The translations under genes and the position numbers were made by a program. Positions 9,931-22,534 of a stretch of 47,869 nt of DNA are shown piece after piece. The notes below the pieces were generated by a model, which was not told the DNA's origin, searched no databases, and was given only the letters and a program-made list of their open reading frames with translations. Source of the stretch: Octopus sinensis (lineage: Eukaryota); NCBI RefSeq assembly GCF_006345805.1, contig NW_021834570.1, positions 1 through 47,869 on the forward strand. The letters are read 5' to 3'. Each line of letters starts with the position of its first letter. Position 1 is the stretch's first letter.

Positions 9931-11819
9931 ACAAATTACAAGAATAGAATATATATATACACGTGTGTGTGTGTTTATATGAATCAGTGCTTCTAAGTCT
10001 TTCCAACTGAGTAGAATATACTTCGATGATGATGAGGTCTAATACGATCGAAACGTGCCCCTTTACTGTCACCAGTTGACCCCAGGTTCGCTCTTACGGT
10101 TGTCCACATTATCTAAAATAGCTTTACATCAAATGGTTTCTATCTTATTATAGTTGTCTTCTCTGCTTGTTTTGAAATTTGAAACACTTCTGGTGGGAGT
10201 TTTTATGTACTAATCGCGTGGATATTCTCACGAGCTAGGGTTCTGTTTGTGAAGTCGCTAAATGTCAGTCCCAAATACACAAACTGTGTGTTTAATGTAT
10301 AGGCATTCCTATACAATAGCGTCGGAAATTACCCAGCCGCTCAGTTACTACGGACAGAGGTTTAAACAAACTTTGCGTGTATGTGTACACGCACATATAT
10401 ATCTAGTTGTGTGTGTGTGTATGGTTTAGCCCAAGTCCGTTTCGATGGTGCAGTCATACGATCAAAAGCTCTCCAAGCGTGAACATTGCACATAATGTGT
10501 GTGTGTGTATATATTTTTGTGCATGTGTGTATATACACTACGAGTTGAATTTAAGAAAGGTTTTGGTATTTTTAGCAATTTCAATACACCTTAAGGGACT
10601 CCTTGTTAGTTCAACATATATATATATACACATACATACATACTCATTCACTGCTGCCTATGCATCTATATATATACATATAAATATATATATATATACA
10701 CATACACACGCTCACTTATCTTCTGAAGGCTAGATCACATTTATATAAAGGTTCTCTCTTTGGTTCGTGAGGGTTTCTGTAAACCCAAATAATAGGGCAT
10801 TCTTGACACATTTCTCTCCATCCACCTCGATCAGCTACGAACTTCTCTTGTTATTCTCTGTGTACACGCCTTCCAACATGTATATATATATATATAATAA
10901 TCATCATCTCAAATTCGTTTATGTGCTTCTGTAAGATCGACACAGGTCATTCCATGACTGCATAAAATGTATGTGTCTATATACATACACACACGTACTT
11001 TGAATAGCTGTACATCGTCTATGTATATATATATATATATACACACATTGTTCTACATAGCAATACTGCGAGTGGTGTATAGTTAAAAAGATACTGTACT
11101 ATTTATATAATCTATGTTTGTGTGTGCATGTATACACGTGTATATATATATATATATATATATATAACAGGAAAGATCCTAAATTATATATATATATATG
11201 TTTATGTATGTATGTGCGCACGCATGCGTGTGTATTTTTTTACTGTTCAAGCGCGGTGGCTGCGACCATGCTGGAGCACCGCCTATGTAATTGACACTGC
11301 TTCTATAGCTCTGCCCCTTCACTCCTTTGTAGTTTTTTTCTTATGAATGGCAGTTGACCCCGTTTTACTGTCGGTTGCGTTTCTTGCGGCCGCTATCTCT
11401 TGCCATCGCAAGATACTGTACCCAGGTGCTCTGTACGTACACACAGATCAAATATACATACATGCATATGTGAGTGTTAAAAGAATACTGAAAAAATGTA
11501 ATGTCGTCTGCGGGATTCGAACGCCGAATCTGGCGTATATATGCAAGCACTAGTCACTCCACCAAAGCGACATCACAGCTTTAACGTCCACATTAGAAAG
11601 AGTTTAAACTTAAGCAGCTCTGTCTGTGTGTATGTATATATATGTGTGTCTGTGATATATATATATATATATTATATATATATATATACATATATATATA
11701 TGTAATTTTGGGGTTGTGGTTACGGGTCAAACCCAACCGTGGCCATGCCATGATTTTCTTCTTTTATTTTTGCTGAGGAGTTAAGTTCATTTAGGATTAC
11801 ATTATTTATATGCTTTAAG

Positions 11820-11990
11820 GCAAGCGAGTTGGCAGAATCGTTAGCACGCCGGACAAAATGCTTCCTGGCATTTCTTCCGTGTTTCGGTTCTGATTTCAGA
11901 TTCCGTCATGGTCGGCTTTACCTTTCATTCTCTCAACGCCGTGACCCCTCTCCACAGAAATTTCAGGCTTTGTACCAACAGTAGAAAGGA
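11820..11990 (+). mobile_element. SINE family B, degenerate copy
   Basis: gcgagttggcagaatcgttagcacgccggacaaaatgc head shared with 24955. Confidence 0.7.
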
Positions 11991-12290
11991 TTAAGGATTA
12001 TTTAAGGTCCCTTATTTTTTTTTGAGACTGTAAACGTTGTGATTTTTTTTAGGGCAATTTCTCTGCTACATCTTGGACATCAAGGACCACATAGAGGCAC
12101 ACCGTATACATGTGTGAGTGTGTACGGTGTTGTGTGTGTGTGAATTTCATTTCTACAACCCCATTCATAATTCGTTCAATGGATAATTTTACAGGTTTCT
12201 GCATTCATTCTTGCTATCGTCACATTCTACACCTGTAAATTTGTGCTATACGCGTACGTAAGGTGTATGTATGTGCGTGCATGCATGTGT

Positions 12291-12427
12291 GGAGGGTGGG
12301 TAAGAAGCTTGCCTCCTAACCGCATTGTTCCGGGTTCAAGCGTACTGTGTGGCACCTCGTGCAAGTTTGCCAGTGCACCAAAGCCTTGTGAGTGGATTTA
12401 GTAGACGGAAACTGAAAGAAGCCTGTC

Positions 12428-12478
<51 letters not shown>

Positions 12479-12685
12479 TGTGTGTCTGTCTGTGTTTGTC
12501 CCCTTAGCATTGCTTGACAACTGATACTGGTGTGTTTATGTCCCCGTAACTTAGCGGTTAGGCAAAAAGAGACCGATAGAATAAGTACTGGGCTTACAAA
12601 AGAATAAGTCCCGGGGTCTATTTGCTCGATTAAAGGCGGTGCTCCAGCATGGCCGCAGTCAAATGACTGAAACAAGTAAAAGAGT
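12291..12685 (+). mobile_element. SINE family A
   Basis: Body and tail match 9211-9600; expanded internal (TA)n. Confidence 0.9.
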
Positions 12686-13052
12686 ATATATATATAGAGA
12701 GAGAGACAGATAAAGATAGATATGGCCTGTCCATGGGGTTACCCTGAATTTCACGTATATATATCTGGTGATACAGATAAGAAAATAGGACTGGAAACGC
12801 GTATGTGTGTATGTAGCTAGTTGTGTCACTGCTGCATTATAGCTTATATGCAATATTTATGTAGACCAAGTTCTGAGATGATTACGTATTATAAGTACCA
12901 GATATAGCCAAACATTTAGAGATTTTGACTGCTATACCTAACATCTCTAGCAATTACATAAGCGGCTCCCATATTAGCTCGTGTGTGACCCTGTTGTTAA
13001 GCGCAGTCTCTGTCTCTCTCTCTCTCTGTATATATATATATATATATTATAT

Positions 13053-13187
13053 GTAGAAAAATACAAACTGGGACAAGAACGTAAAACATTTAGAAGACGA
13101 TACAAAAAACACGGACGGGACATTCGAAGCCTTCAATCTTCAGTCAAGAACCGGATCATCCTCGCAATTTCGGCTGATTAATCTTGA
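13053..13187. mobile_element. TA-targeted short repeat family (same as 691-823)
   Basis: Near-identical to 43303-43440. Confidence 0.65.
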
Positions 13188-13202
13188 TATATATATATAC
13201 AC

Positions 13203-13365
13203 ACTCAAATTCCGCCGAGGTCGACTTTGTCTTTCATCCTTTCGGGGGTCGATAAATAAAGTACCAGTTTCGCACTGGGGGGGGGGTCGATGTAATCGAC
13301 TTAATCCCTTTGTCTGTCCTTGTTTGTACCCTCTATGTTTAGCCCCTTGTGGGTAGTAAAGAAAT
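13203..13365 (+). mobile_element. SINE family B body (headless)
   Basis: ctcaaattccgccgaggtcgactttg..tagtaaagaaata matches family B. Confidence 0.85.
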
Positions 13366-14214
13366 ATATATATATACATACTCACACATACACACATTGT
13401 TAAATATAAAGAGCACTTTATAAGCCGTATATATATAGAGAATATATATATCTGGTTAGCCCTAGGTCACAACTGGTCAATGATGATCAAAGGCGTTCCA
13501 GCAATGACTATCCTGATCATATTTTCCGACAGGGTGTATCTCGGACTCTTACTAAACGTTATCAAATGTGTCGTTCCCGTTTAAAGAAGGTAGGGTGTTT
13601 GACATGTGCTTTAAAGGAGGTTTATACTGCTATTTCTAGCAACCTACCACGTAAACGCACCCTCGTTGTATGTACGTATATGTTCTTGTATTCATATATG
13701 CACGGGTTTGCGTGTACATATGGCCTTTCTCCCTCTATTAATATTTGTAAATAGTTACAGATATTTGTATGCCTCTCTCTTTTCTTCTCACATTATTCTC
13801 TAACCATCTGTCAACACGCACGATTTTGGGAAGTACAATAAAGAAAAAAAATCTGGTTTGCTATATTTTTTTCCTCTCCTGTAAATCTGGAAACCGTGTT
13901 TTCAACTACCCTACAATGTATTGACCATTTACATATGTGGCACCTCCGAGTGGGGACCCTGTATGCCGACGTTTGACCACCTTACCCTACTGTCTGTTTC
14001 TCCCCCCCCTCTCTTTCTTTCTCGCGCGCACACACACAGGGTTTGTAACAATGAAATCAAACTAAATTATATTTTGAAAATATTTAATACGTACGTTTCA
14101 GATCTTGCTTAGTAATAAATGTATAATAGGAAATAGATCTCCTTATGTACACCTTTCTTCAGTTAATACATTTCACTATGTATGTATGTACATACGTACA
14201 TATATATAATTTTT

Positions 14215-14420
14215 ACTATCTTTTACTCTTTTACTTGTTTCCGTCATTTGATTGTGGCCATGCTGCAGCACCGCCTTTAGTCGAGCGAATCGACCCCAGG
14301 ACTTATTCTTTGGAAGCCCAGTACTTATTCCATCGGTCTCTTTTGCCGAACCGCTAAGTGACGGGGACGTAAGCACACCAGCATCGGTTGTCAAGCGATG
14401 TTGGGTGGGGGGGAACAAAC
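14215..14420 (-). mobile_element. SINE family A, 3' half
   Basis: Reverse complement of the family A tail. Confidence 0.85.
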
Positions 14421-14426
14421 ACTACC

Positions 14427-14545
14427 TTGCTTGAAAACGAGTGAAGGTTGGTGACAGGGAGAGCATCCAGCCTTAGAAAATCTACCTCAACAAATTCCGT
14501 CCGACCCATGCAAGCATGGAAAAGCGGATATTAAAGCAATCATGG
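14427..14545 (+). mobile_element. Retroposon 3' end (family E)
   Basis: ggttggtgacagggagagcatccagcc..gcatggaaaagcggatattaaa; reverse-oriented relatives at about 30205-30330, 40880-40930 and 42600-42780. Confidence 0.6.
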
Positions 14546-14932
14546 TTATGCATACTTGTATTACAATACATCCTGTATATGCACCCCACCTACACACACA
14601 TTAAATGTGTGTATGTATATATAAAATACATCCCTATACACTCCTCAGGCACGTGAAATTGAAGCACCTTATAGGCATTATTTTAGTACAAAGTCTTCTC
14701 AGTGACAATAAGCTGCTGATAACATTAAGGAAATTGTTTGAGCTGTCAGTAATTTCGATAACAATAACCTGTTGCTAACATTATCCTTGTTATAAATGGC
14801 CTCTCCTCTGTGTGTGTGTATGTATATGCATATATACTGTGCATGTATGTGTATTGATGTATGTATGTAGTATTGTGCAGGTGTGCACAAATATATATAC
14901 ATACACATGCTTGATATGAACATGTAAGTGTA

Positions 14933-14972
<40 letters not shown>

Positions 14973-14974
<2 letters not shown>

Positions 14975-15914
14975 AACACACACATATAGCACACATGTGT
15001 ACTCTCTCGTACACACATACACATGTATACACTCATACACACAAAAAGCCCCAAAGCGGGTTTTTAGACCAGTATTTATTTCCAAGCCATTATTTATAGC
15101 TTATCTTGCTTCAAGTTCCAACGTGCCTAAAATGAAATATTTCATGCTTTTTTGAAGTATATGAAGCCTTCACATTTCATTCTGAGTTCAAATGCTGTCG
15201 AGGCTCAGTTAGCCTTTCCATCTTTTCAGGGTCGATCAAATGAGTACCAATTGAGCACTGGAGGGGAGAGGTCGATGCAATTGACTTTTACTCCTGGGCA
15301 GGGCTATAAAAATTGCACCCCCTCTGCCAGGCCATATCGAACCTGTGTAGCAGAGTAGGCTCATCAAACCAGTATTACCTCAAGCTCAAATTTAAGGCCT
15401 CCACATCAGGATGTGGTTTGGTGGAGAGAACACGCTAAGGCCTTTGTCCAACAGTGGACTGAAGATGGACAATCAATCTAATCCAACCCCATATGTGTTC
15501 TATATATGTATTCTATTCTCTTGTAGAGGTAACCATATTTAATATTATGTGTGTATAAAATATACATGTATATATATATTTATAGTGGAGGTACGTGACT
15601 TAGTTGGTAGGGTGCTGCACCCATGATCGTAAGATTGTGGTTTCGATTCCTGGACTGGGTGACGTGTTCATGAGCAAAACACTTCATTTCATGTTGCTCT
15701 AGTCCACTCGCCTTGCAAAGGTGAATAACCCTGAGACAGACTAGCATCCCATCCAGGAGCAGGGTGGGATATTATACATTACAGAATCCGGTGGGGATGA
15801 GATGGGGACCGGCCCTATGAGCCTCTGGCTCAGAAAAGACCATTGATCTTTTTGATATATTCTACACATGTATTCAGTCTTCTTATCTAAGTATCAATAC
15901 TTTGTGTGTGTGTG

Positions 15915-15955
<41 letters not shown>

Positions 15956-16901
15956 TATATATACAAACACACACATATAGCACACATGTGTACTCTCTCG
16001 TACACACATACACATGTATACACTCATACACACAAAAAGCCCCAAAGCGGGTTTTTAGACCAGTATTTATTTCCAAGCCATTATTTATAGCTTATCTTGC
16101 TTCAAGTTCCAACGTGCCTAAAATGAATATTTCATGCTTTTTTGAAGTATATGAAGCCTTCACATTTCATTCTGAGTTCAAATGCTGTCGAGGCTCAGTT
16201 AGCCTTTCATCTTTTCAGGGTCGATCAAATGAGTACCAATTGAGCACTGGAGGGGAGAGGTCGATGCAATTGACTTTTACTCCTGGGCAGGGCTATAAAA
16301 ATTGCACCCCCTCTGCCAGGCCATATCGAACCTGTGTAGCAGAGTAGGTCATCAAACCAGTATTACCTCAAGCTCAAATTTAAGGCCTCCACATCAGGAT
16401 GTGGTTTGGTGGAGAGAACACGCTAAGGCCTTTGTCCAACAGTGGACTGAAGATGGACAATCAATCTAATCCAACCCCATATGTGTTCTATATATGTATT
16501 CTATTCTCTTGTAGAGGTAACCATATTTAATATTATGTGTGTATAAAATATACATGTATATATATATTTATAGTGGAGGTACGTGACTTAGTTGGTAGGG
16601 TGCTGCACCATGATCGTAAGATTGTGGTTTCGATTCCTGGACTGGGTGACGTGTTCATGAGCAAAACACTTCATTTCATGTTGCTCTAGTCCACTCGCCT
16701 TGCAAAGGTGAATAACCCTGAGACAGACTAGCATCCCATCCAGGAGCAGGGTGGGATATTATACATTACAGAATCCGGTGGGGATGAGATGGGGACCGGC
16801 CCTATGAGCCTCTGGCTCAGAAAAGACCATTGATCTTTTTGATATATTCTACACATGTATTCAGTCTTCTTATCTAAGTATCAATACTTTGTGTGTGTGT
16901 G

Positions 16902-16905
<4 letters not shown>
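14973..16905. repeat. Near-identical tandem duplication (14973-15918 / 15964-16905, period about 991)
   Basis: Base-by-base reading showed 4 single-base indels and no substitutions; both units are bounded by (TA)n. Confidence 0.95.
15585..15840 (+). mobile_element. SINE family C (second copy at about 16572-16828 inside the duplication)
   Basis: tRNA-like head (gtgacttagttggtagg..ggtttcgattcc), body tgagcaaaacactt..gttgctctagtccactc, tail ccggccctatgagcc shared with 29000 and 31217. Confidence 0.7.
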
Positions 16906-16942
<37 letters not shown>

Positions 16943-16945
<3 letters not shown>

Positions 16946-17270
16946 TGCAGGCATGGCTGTGTGGTAACAAGTTAACTCCCCAACCACATGGTTCTGGGTT
17001 CAGTCTCACTGCATGGCACCTTGGGTAAGTGTCTTCTGCTATAGCCTCTGGTCAAACAAAGCATTGTGAGTGGATTTGGTGGACGGAAACTGAAAGAAGC
17101 CTGTCATATATATTTATGTGTATCTTTGTGTCTGTGTTTGTCCCTCTCTGCTGCTTGACACGCAGCGTACTTCGCGGTTCGGCAAAAGAGACCGATAGAC
17201 TAAGTACCAGGCATGAAAAAGAATAAGTCCTTCAAGGCAGTGCTCCAGCATGGCTGCATTCAAATGACTG
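16943..17270 (+). mobile_element. SINE family A (internally deleted)
   Basis: Head and tail match family A. Confidence 0.85.
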
Positions 17271-17322
17271 TTTCAGTCATTTGACTGCAACAAGTAAAAG
17301 AATAAAAGTATATATATATATA

Positions 17323-17718
17323 TTTATATATATATATAAAGCTGAAGTTGTCTGTGTATGGCAGGTTTGGTAGCCTTCAACTAACACTATCTCCTCCGAG
17401 ACCCTGCGGCACAAGTTGACCAAAATTGAGAGTATGATAGAAGAAGGCTTGCCCTTCATTCCGTAGAAGAAAAAATTCAAATCCGACCATGTTAATTTCA
17501 AAAATTATTTACATCAAAAAGGTGCTTTTTTCCTATGAAAATCCCTATTTTTTAATGATTTTTTGACTGCTGTGTCGCCATTTTACGGTGTATTTCAACC
17601 AGAAAAATGTTCACTTCAAGAGAATAACAAGCTACATAATGCAAAATTTTTACTTTTCAAAAATTCCAATTCTAAAGTTGTGGTAATAAACCCGAGCAAC
17701 GCCGGGCGATACTGCTAG
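17323..17718 (+). mobile_element. Non-autonomous Helitron, about 396 bp
   Basis: The 3' end has the classic GC hairpin cccgagcaacgccggg (17691-17706), 8 nt, then CTAG (17715-17718) followed by T. The 5' end resembles T(C>T)TATATATATAAAGC preceded by A. No TIR or TSD. Confidence 0.7.
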
Positions 17719-17743
17719 TATATATATATATATATATATATAT

Positions 17744-18031
17744 ACCTGAGTAAACACATAAATGTGAAACAAGGTGGAAAAAAGAGTACTCAAATACCAG
17801 TGGTAGAGTAATATGCTTTATTTTAAGCAGCAGAAAATTCAACAAAATCTGTTACTCTGAGTTTCTCGTTGCCGTTCATCAGACAGTTTTATATATATAT
17901 ACCTGAGTAAACACATAAATGTGAAACAAGGTGGAAAAAAGAGTACTCAAATACCAGTGGTAGAGTAATATGCTTTATTTAAAGCAGCAGAGTAACAGAT
18001 TTTGTTGAATTTTCTGCTGCTTTAAATAAAG
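17744..18031 (-). mobile_element. Two tandem Penelope-like terminal fragments (17744-17890; 17901-18031 with fold-back)
   Basis: Direct repeat of about 90 bp starting acctgagtaaacacataaatg; the first carries a hammerhead motif, the second ends in an inverted copy of its own sequence. Confidence 0.65.
17844..17890 (-). ncRNA. Type I hammerhead ribozyme motif
   Basis: Minus strand: aaaactgt-CTGATGA-a-CG-GCAA-CG-a-GAAA-CTC-a-GAG-TA-acagatttt. Intact CUGAUGA/GAAA/GUA core; stem I ctgt/acag plus aaaa/tttt. Confidence 0.6.
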
Positions 18032-18063
<32 letters not shown>

Positions 18064-18715
18064 CATGCACGCATATACTTCATCTCCATTGTATCAACAA
18101 GTGACAATCTACTCAAGTTTCACTCTGACAACTGGCTGATACGGTATGCCTGTAGATATATGTGTGTGTGTGTGTGTATATATATATATGTGTGTGTGTG
18201 TATATGTATGTATGTATGTATGTTTAGGCATTCCAGTTACTCGAATCCAGCAGCCGTTGAAGTTTTGCACTCCCAAACTTTAAAATATGTGAGAAACTAA
18301 ACCAGCTACAGCAACAACAACAAGAAGAACGGCAGCAGGGTATTAAGAGCACATTTCAGTGATTATAAAGAATAGATTTCTCATAACGGATCTTAACGAC
18401 TACGTTATTAATTAAAATTCTGTTTTTTGGTGGGTGCTACTTTGCTGCTGCTTCGTCTCGAGTCAGACTGCACACACACACCCACAGATGGCATTTGGTA
18501 GCTGACTGGAAGCCTGTCCCAAAGTCCTCTGACTATGTTCTTTGGTGGTGGTCATGGCAGCTGTGTTTTCTCTTTTATCTGTTTCAGTCATAGGACTGCA
18601 GCTATGCTGAGGCGCTGACCCCAGAGGGTTTCATTTGTTTAAACCAAACCCTGTATCACCCTGACAGTTTCTTTTGTCAAACGTTATTGGGATGTTAATA
18701 AACCAACACAGCCAG

Positions 18716-19099
18716 GTGGTAAGTAGCTTGCTTACGAACCACATGGTTCTGGGTTCAGTCCCACTGCGTGGCACCTTGGGCAACTGTCTTTTACTATATA
18801 GCCTCGGGCCAACCAAACAAAGACTTGTGAGTGGATTTGGTAGATGGAAACTGAAAGAAGCCCATCGTATATATGTATATGTTTGTGTGTCTCTGTTTGC
18901 CCCCTTCCCCCCCCAACATCACGTGACAACTGATGCTGGTGTGTTTACGTCCCCGTAACTTAGCGGTTCAGCAAAACAGACCGATAGAATAAATACCAGG
19001 CTTAAAAAGAATAAGTCCTGGGGTCGATTTGCTCGACTAAAGGCGGTGCTCCAGCATGGCCAAAGTCAAATGACTGAAACAAGTAAAAGAGTAAAAGAG
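18716..19099 (+). mobile_element. SINE family A
   Basis: Body and tail match 9211-9600. Confidence 0.9.
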
Positions 19100-19279
19100 G
19101 TGCTTTTCCTGTCACTTCTTATAATGCACTGTAGATTCATTTTAAAAGCTGGATTGTGTTTGTGTATCACCGTCATCGTCATTGCTTAACATCCATTTCC
19201 CATGCAGGCAAGGGTCGGACAGCTTGGCACGCTTTCGGTTTTTTTAACCCTTTAGCATTCAGATTATTCTGTCTGATAT

Positions 19280-19666
19280 ACTCTTTACTCTTTTACTTGT
19301 TTCAGTCATTTGACTGCGGCCATGCTGGAGCACCGCCTTTAACCGAGCAAATCGACCCCGGGACTTATTCTTTTGTAAGCCCAGTACTTATTCTATTGGT
19401 CTCTTTTTTGCCGAACCGCTAAGTGACGGGGACGTAAACACACCAGCATCGGTTGTGAAGCAATGCTAGGGGGACAAACACAGACACACAAACACACGTA
19501 TATATATATATATACATATATACGACAGGCTTCTTTCAGTTTCCGTCTACCAAATGCACTCACAAGGCATTGGTCGGCCCGGGGCTATAGCAGAAGACAC
19601 TTGCCCAAGATGCCACACAGTGGGACTGAACCCGGAACCATGTGGTTGGTTAGCAAGCTACTTACC
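19280..19666 (-). mobile_element. SINE family A
   Basis: Reverse complement of the family consensus. Confidence 0.9.
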
Positions 19667-20205
19667 ATAATCCTTATTCATTGACATTGATTTGAATTAA
19701 TCATGCACTTGCACTCCCCATCACTGGTGATATATAATGATGATGATGATGGTGTGTGTGTGTGATACAAAAACTTGAAAAGTAACAAGGAGGACAAGGT
19801 AAGGAACAAACAACACCAGGTTTTCACTCAGGAAAAATTACAGCTCCTTAACATTTCGAGCATCTGCTCTTCTTCACAAAGAATAGACGAGAGAGTACCT
19901 GAACACTTTAATCACCACCATTTAACTTTTTGCACCTCTGTTGGACTAAAAGTTCTTTCAAGGTGTTGCCCCAGCATGGCCACAGTCTAATGACTAAAAC
20001 AAGTAAGAGAGAAAAGAAAAAAGAAAATAGGTAGATAGGTATGTTGATAGATAGATAGATGGGTAGCTAGAGGATAGATGGATGGATGGATTAATAGATA
20101 GACAGACAGACAGACTTATGGAAGGATACATAGATAGTTGGATAGGTTGAGAGAGAGATAGAGATAGATAGATAGACTAACAGATTGATGGTTGGATACA
20201 TAGAT

Positions 20206-20603
20206 AGGCGCAGGAGTGGCTGTGTGGTAAGTAGCTTGCTAACCAGCCACATGGTTCCGGGTTCAGTCCCACTGCATGGCATCTTGGGCAAGTATCTTCT
20301 GCTACAGCCCCGGGCTGACCAATGCTTTGTGAGTGGATTTGGTAGACGGAAACTGAAAGAAGCCTGTCGTATATATGTATATATATATATGTATGTGTGT
20401 GTGTTTATTCTCCTAGCATTGCTTGACAACCGATGCTGGTGTGTTTACATCCCCGTTACCCAGCGGTTCGGCAAAAAGAGACCGATAGAATAAGTACTGG
20501 GCTTACAAAAAGAATAAGTCCCGGGGTCGATTTGCTCGACTAAATGCGGTGCTCCAGCATGGCCGCAGTCAAATGACTGAAACAAGTAAAAGAGTAAAAG
20601 AGT
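20206..20603 (+). mobile_element. SINE family A, full-length
   Basis: Complete head to the GTAAAAGAGTAAAAGAG tail. Confidence 0.9.
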
Positions 20604-22458
20604 AACAGATTGATGGCTGGATACATAGATGGATAGGTTGATAGATGGATGGATAGATAGACAGACAGATAGACAGATAGGCAGCGATGGATGGATAGGT
20701 AGATAGAGTAAATAAAGGTGGTGAAGTGTGTGTGGGGGGGGCTAAACCCCTCCCTTTTTTACAGTATATTCCTGTCTATATTATCAGTGCTGATAATCAG
20801 CAGGTTTTTAAGTCCTGAGTAATTTTCCAAAACTTTGCCCTACTTCACAGGAAACCAGCCCTTACCTCTCTCTCTCTTCCATTTTTTTTTTCTTCTGGGT
20901 TTTCTTCTGGGGGAAGGAGGAAAGAGAAAGAGAGTGAGAGTGAATGAGACAATGTGGGACCTGACTTGGGCTAAAATAAATAAATAAATAAAAGAATAAA
21001 AATGGATATAAGCATAAAAAAAGTTGTGTGTGTATATTGCTGACTTGACTGTTGTTGTGTAGTTAGTACTGAGTGTTAACTGAATATATAGCAGGTTTCT
21101 GAATTCATTTGCCAGGGTGTGTATGTGCGCTGGGTGTTGGTTAAGCTGGCTATATCTTCATCTTAATCTCTTGTGTATGTATGTATGTGTGAGTGTTTGT
21201 GTATATTATAGGTATGCCTTCTCATCTTCCCACCCTTTTCTTCTCTGTCTTAGTGTGTATGTACGTGTATACACACATATATGTGTGTATGTCTGCCTTC
21301 CAATTGCTGTTTTTACTGAGATCTCCCTTTTTAGTAGAAGAAATAGCTATAACTCTTTGACTGTTATTTCTAAATTCGGTATGTGGTAAGGCAATTCGTT
21401 GCTAAACCCTTTATTGCTTAGTATTACTATATATATATATATGTATTATATAGATAGATAGATATACACATACAAACATCATAAATATTTATACATACTG
21501 ATTCACTGTATTTCTCTCTCCCCACTCCTATGTGTGGATGTGTACATGCATATTAATTTGATTATGTCTGTGTGTATGTATGTATATATATATAATCATC
21601 ATCACTGTTGTCGTCATTTAATGTCCATGATGATGATTTTATATATATACACACACACAAAAATAAGCAAATTAATATGCATATATATATATATGTGTGT
21701 GTGTGTGAGTATATGTTTATATATATGCATGTATATATGTATGTATATAAATGTATGTATGTATATGTATCTATATGTGTGTATATATATGAATCTATGT
21801 ATATATATATATATATGAATGTATCTATGTATATATATATATGAATGTGTGTATGTTTATATATGAATGTTTGTAGGTGTATATATATATATATATATAT
21901 GAATGCATGTGTATGTCATTTAATATCCATTTTCCATGCTGACAGTGTGCGAGAGAGAGTGTGTGTGTGTGATTGTATATATATCACGTGTGTGTAAGTT
22001 TCAAGTATGTATGTATGTATCTATCTATCTACCTCTCTATTTATATATATAGAGAGAGATATTTAGATAAAGATATAGATATATAAGAATTAGGCGTATA
22101 TTTGATTATTTTCTTTTGTTTTGAGAAATGATACAATATTTAACACATGGAAAATTATCTCATGAATATTTGAAAAACTATTAAAACTAAGAGGTCTATG
22201 TAAGAAGTGCTATGGCGGCCTATATATATATACATACATACATACATATATATATAACCCCCCCCCCCCGAATGAGATAAAAATCCAAGGCTGTGAAAGA
22301 TTTTAAGAACATTACACATGCTGATATATGACCTACGCTGGACTCCTTATTCGCATAATCACCGAACCTGGAGCTTAACTATGTATGATCTATCCATAGT
22401 GCTTACATGGCATTACTTGACATCTTTGGGTCTTATTGACCCCATTACCTCTCATAAC

Positions 22459-22529
<71 letters not shown>

Positions 22530-22534
<5 letters not shown>

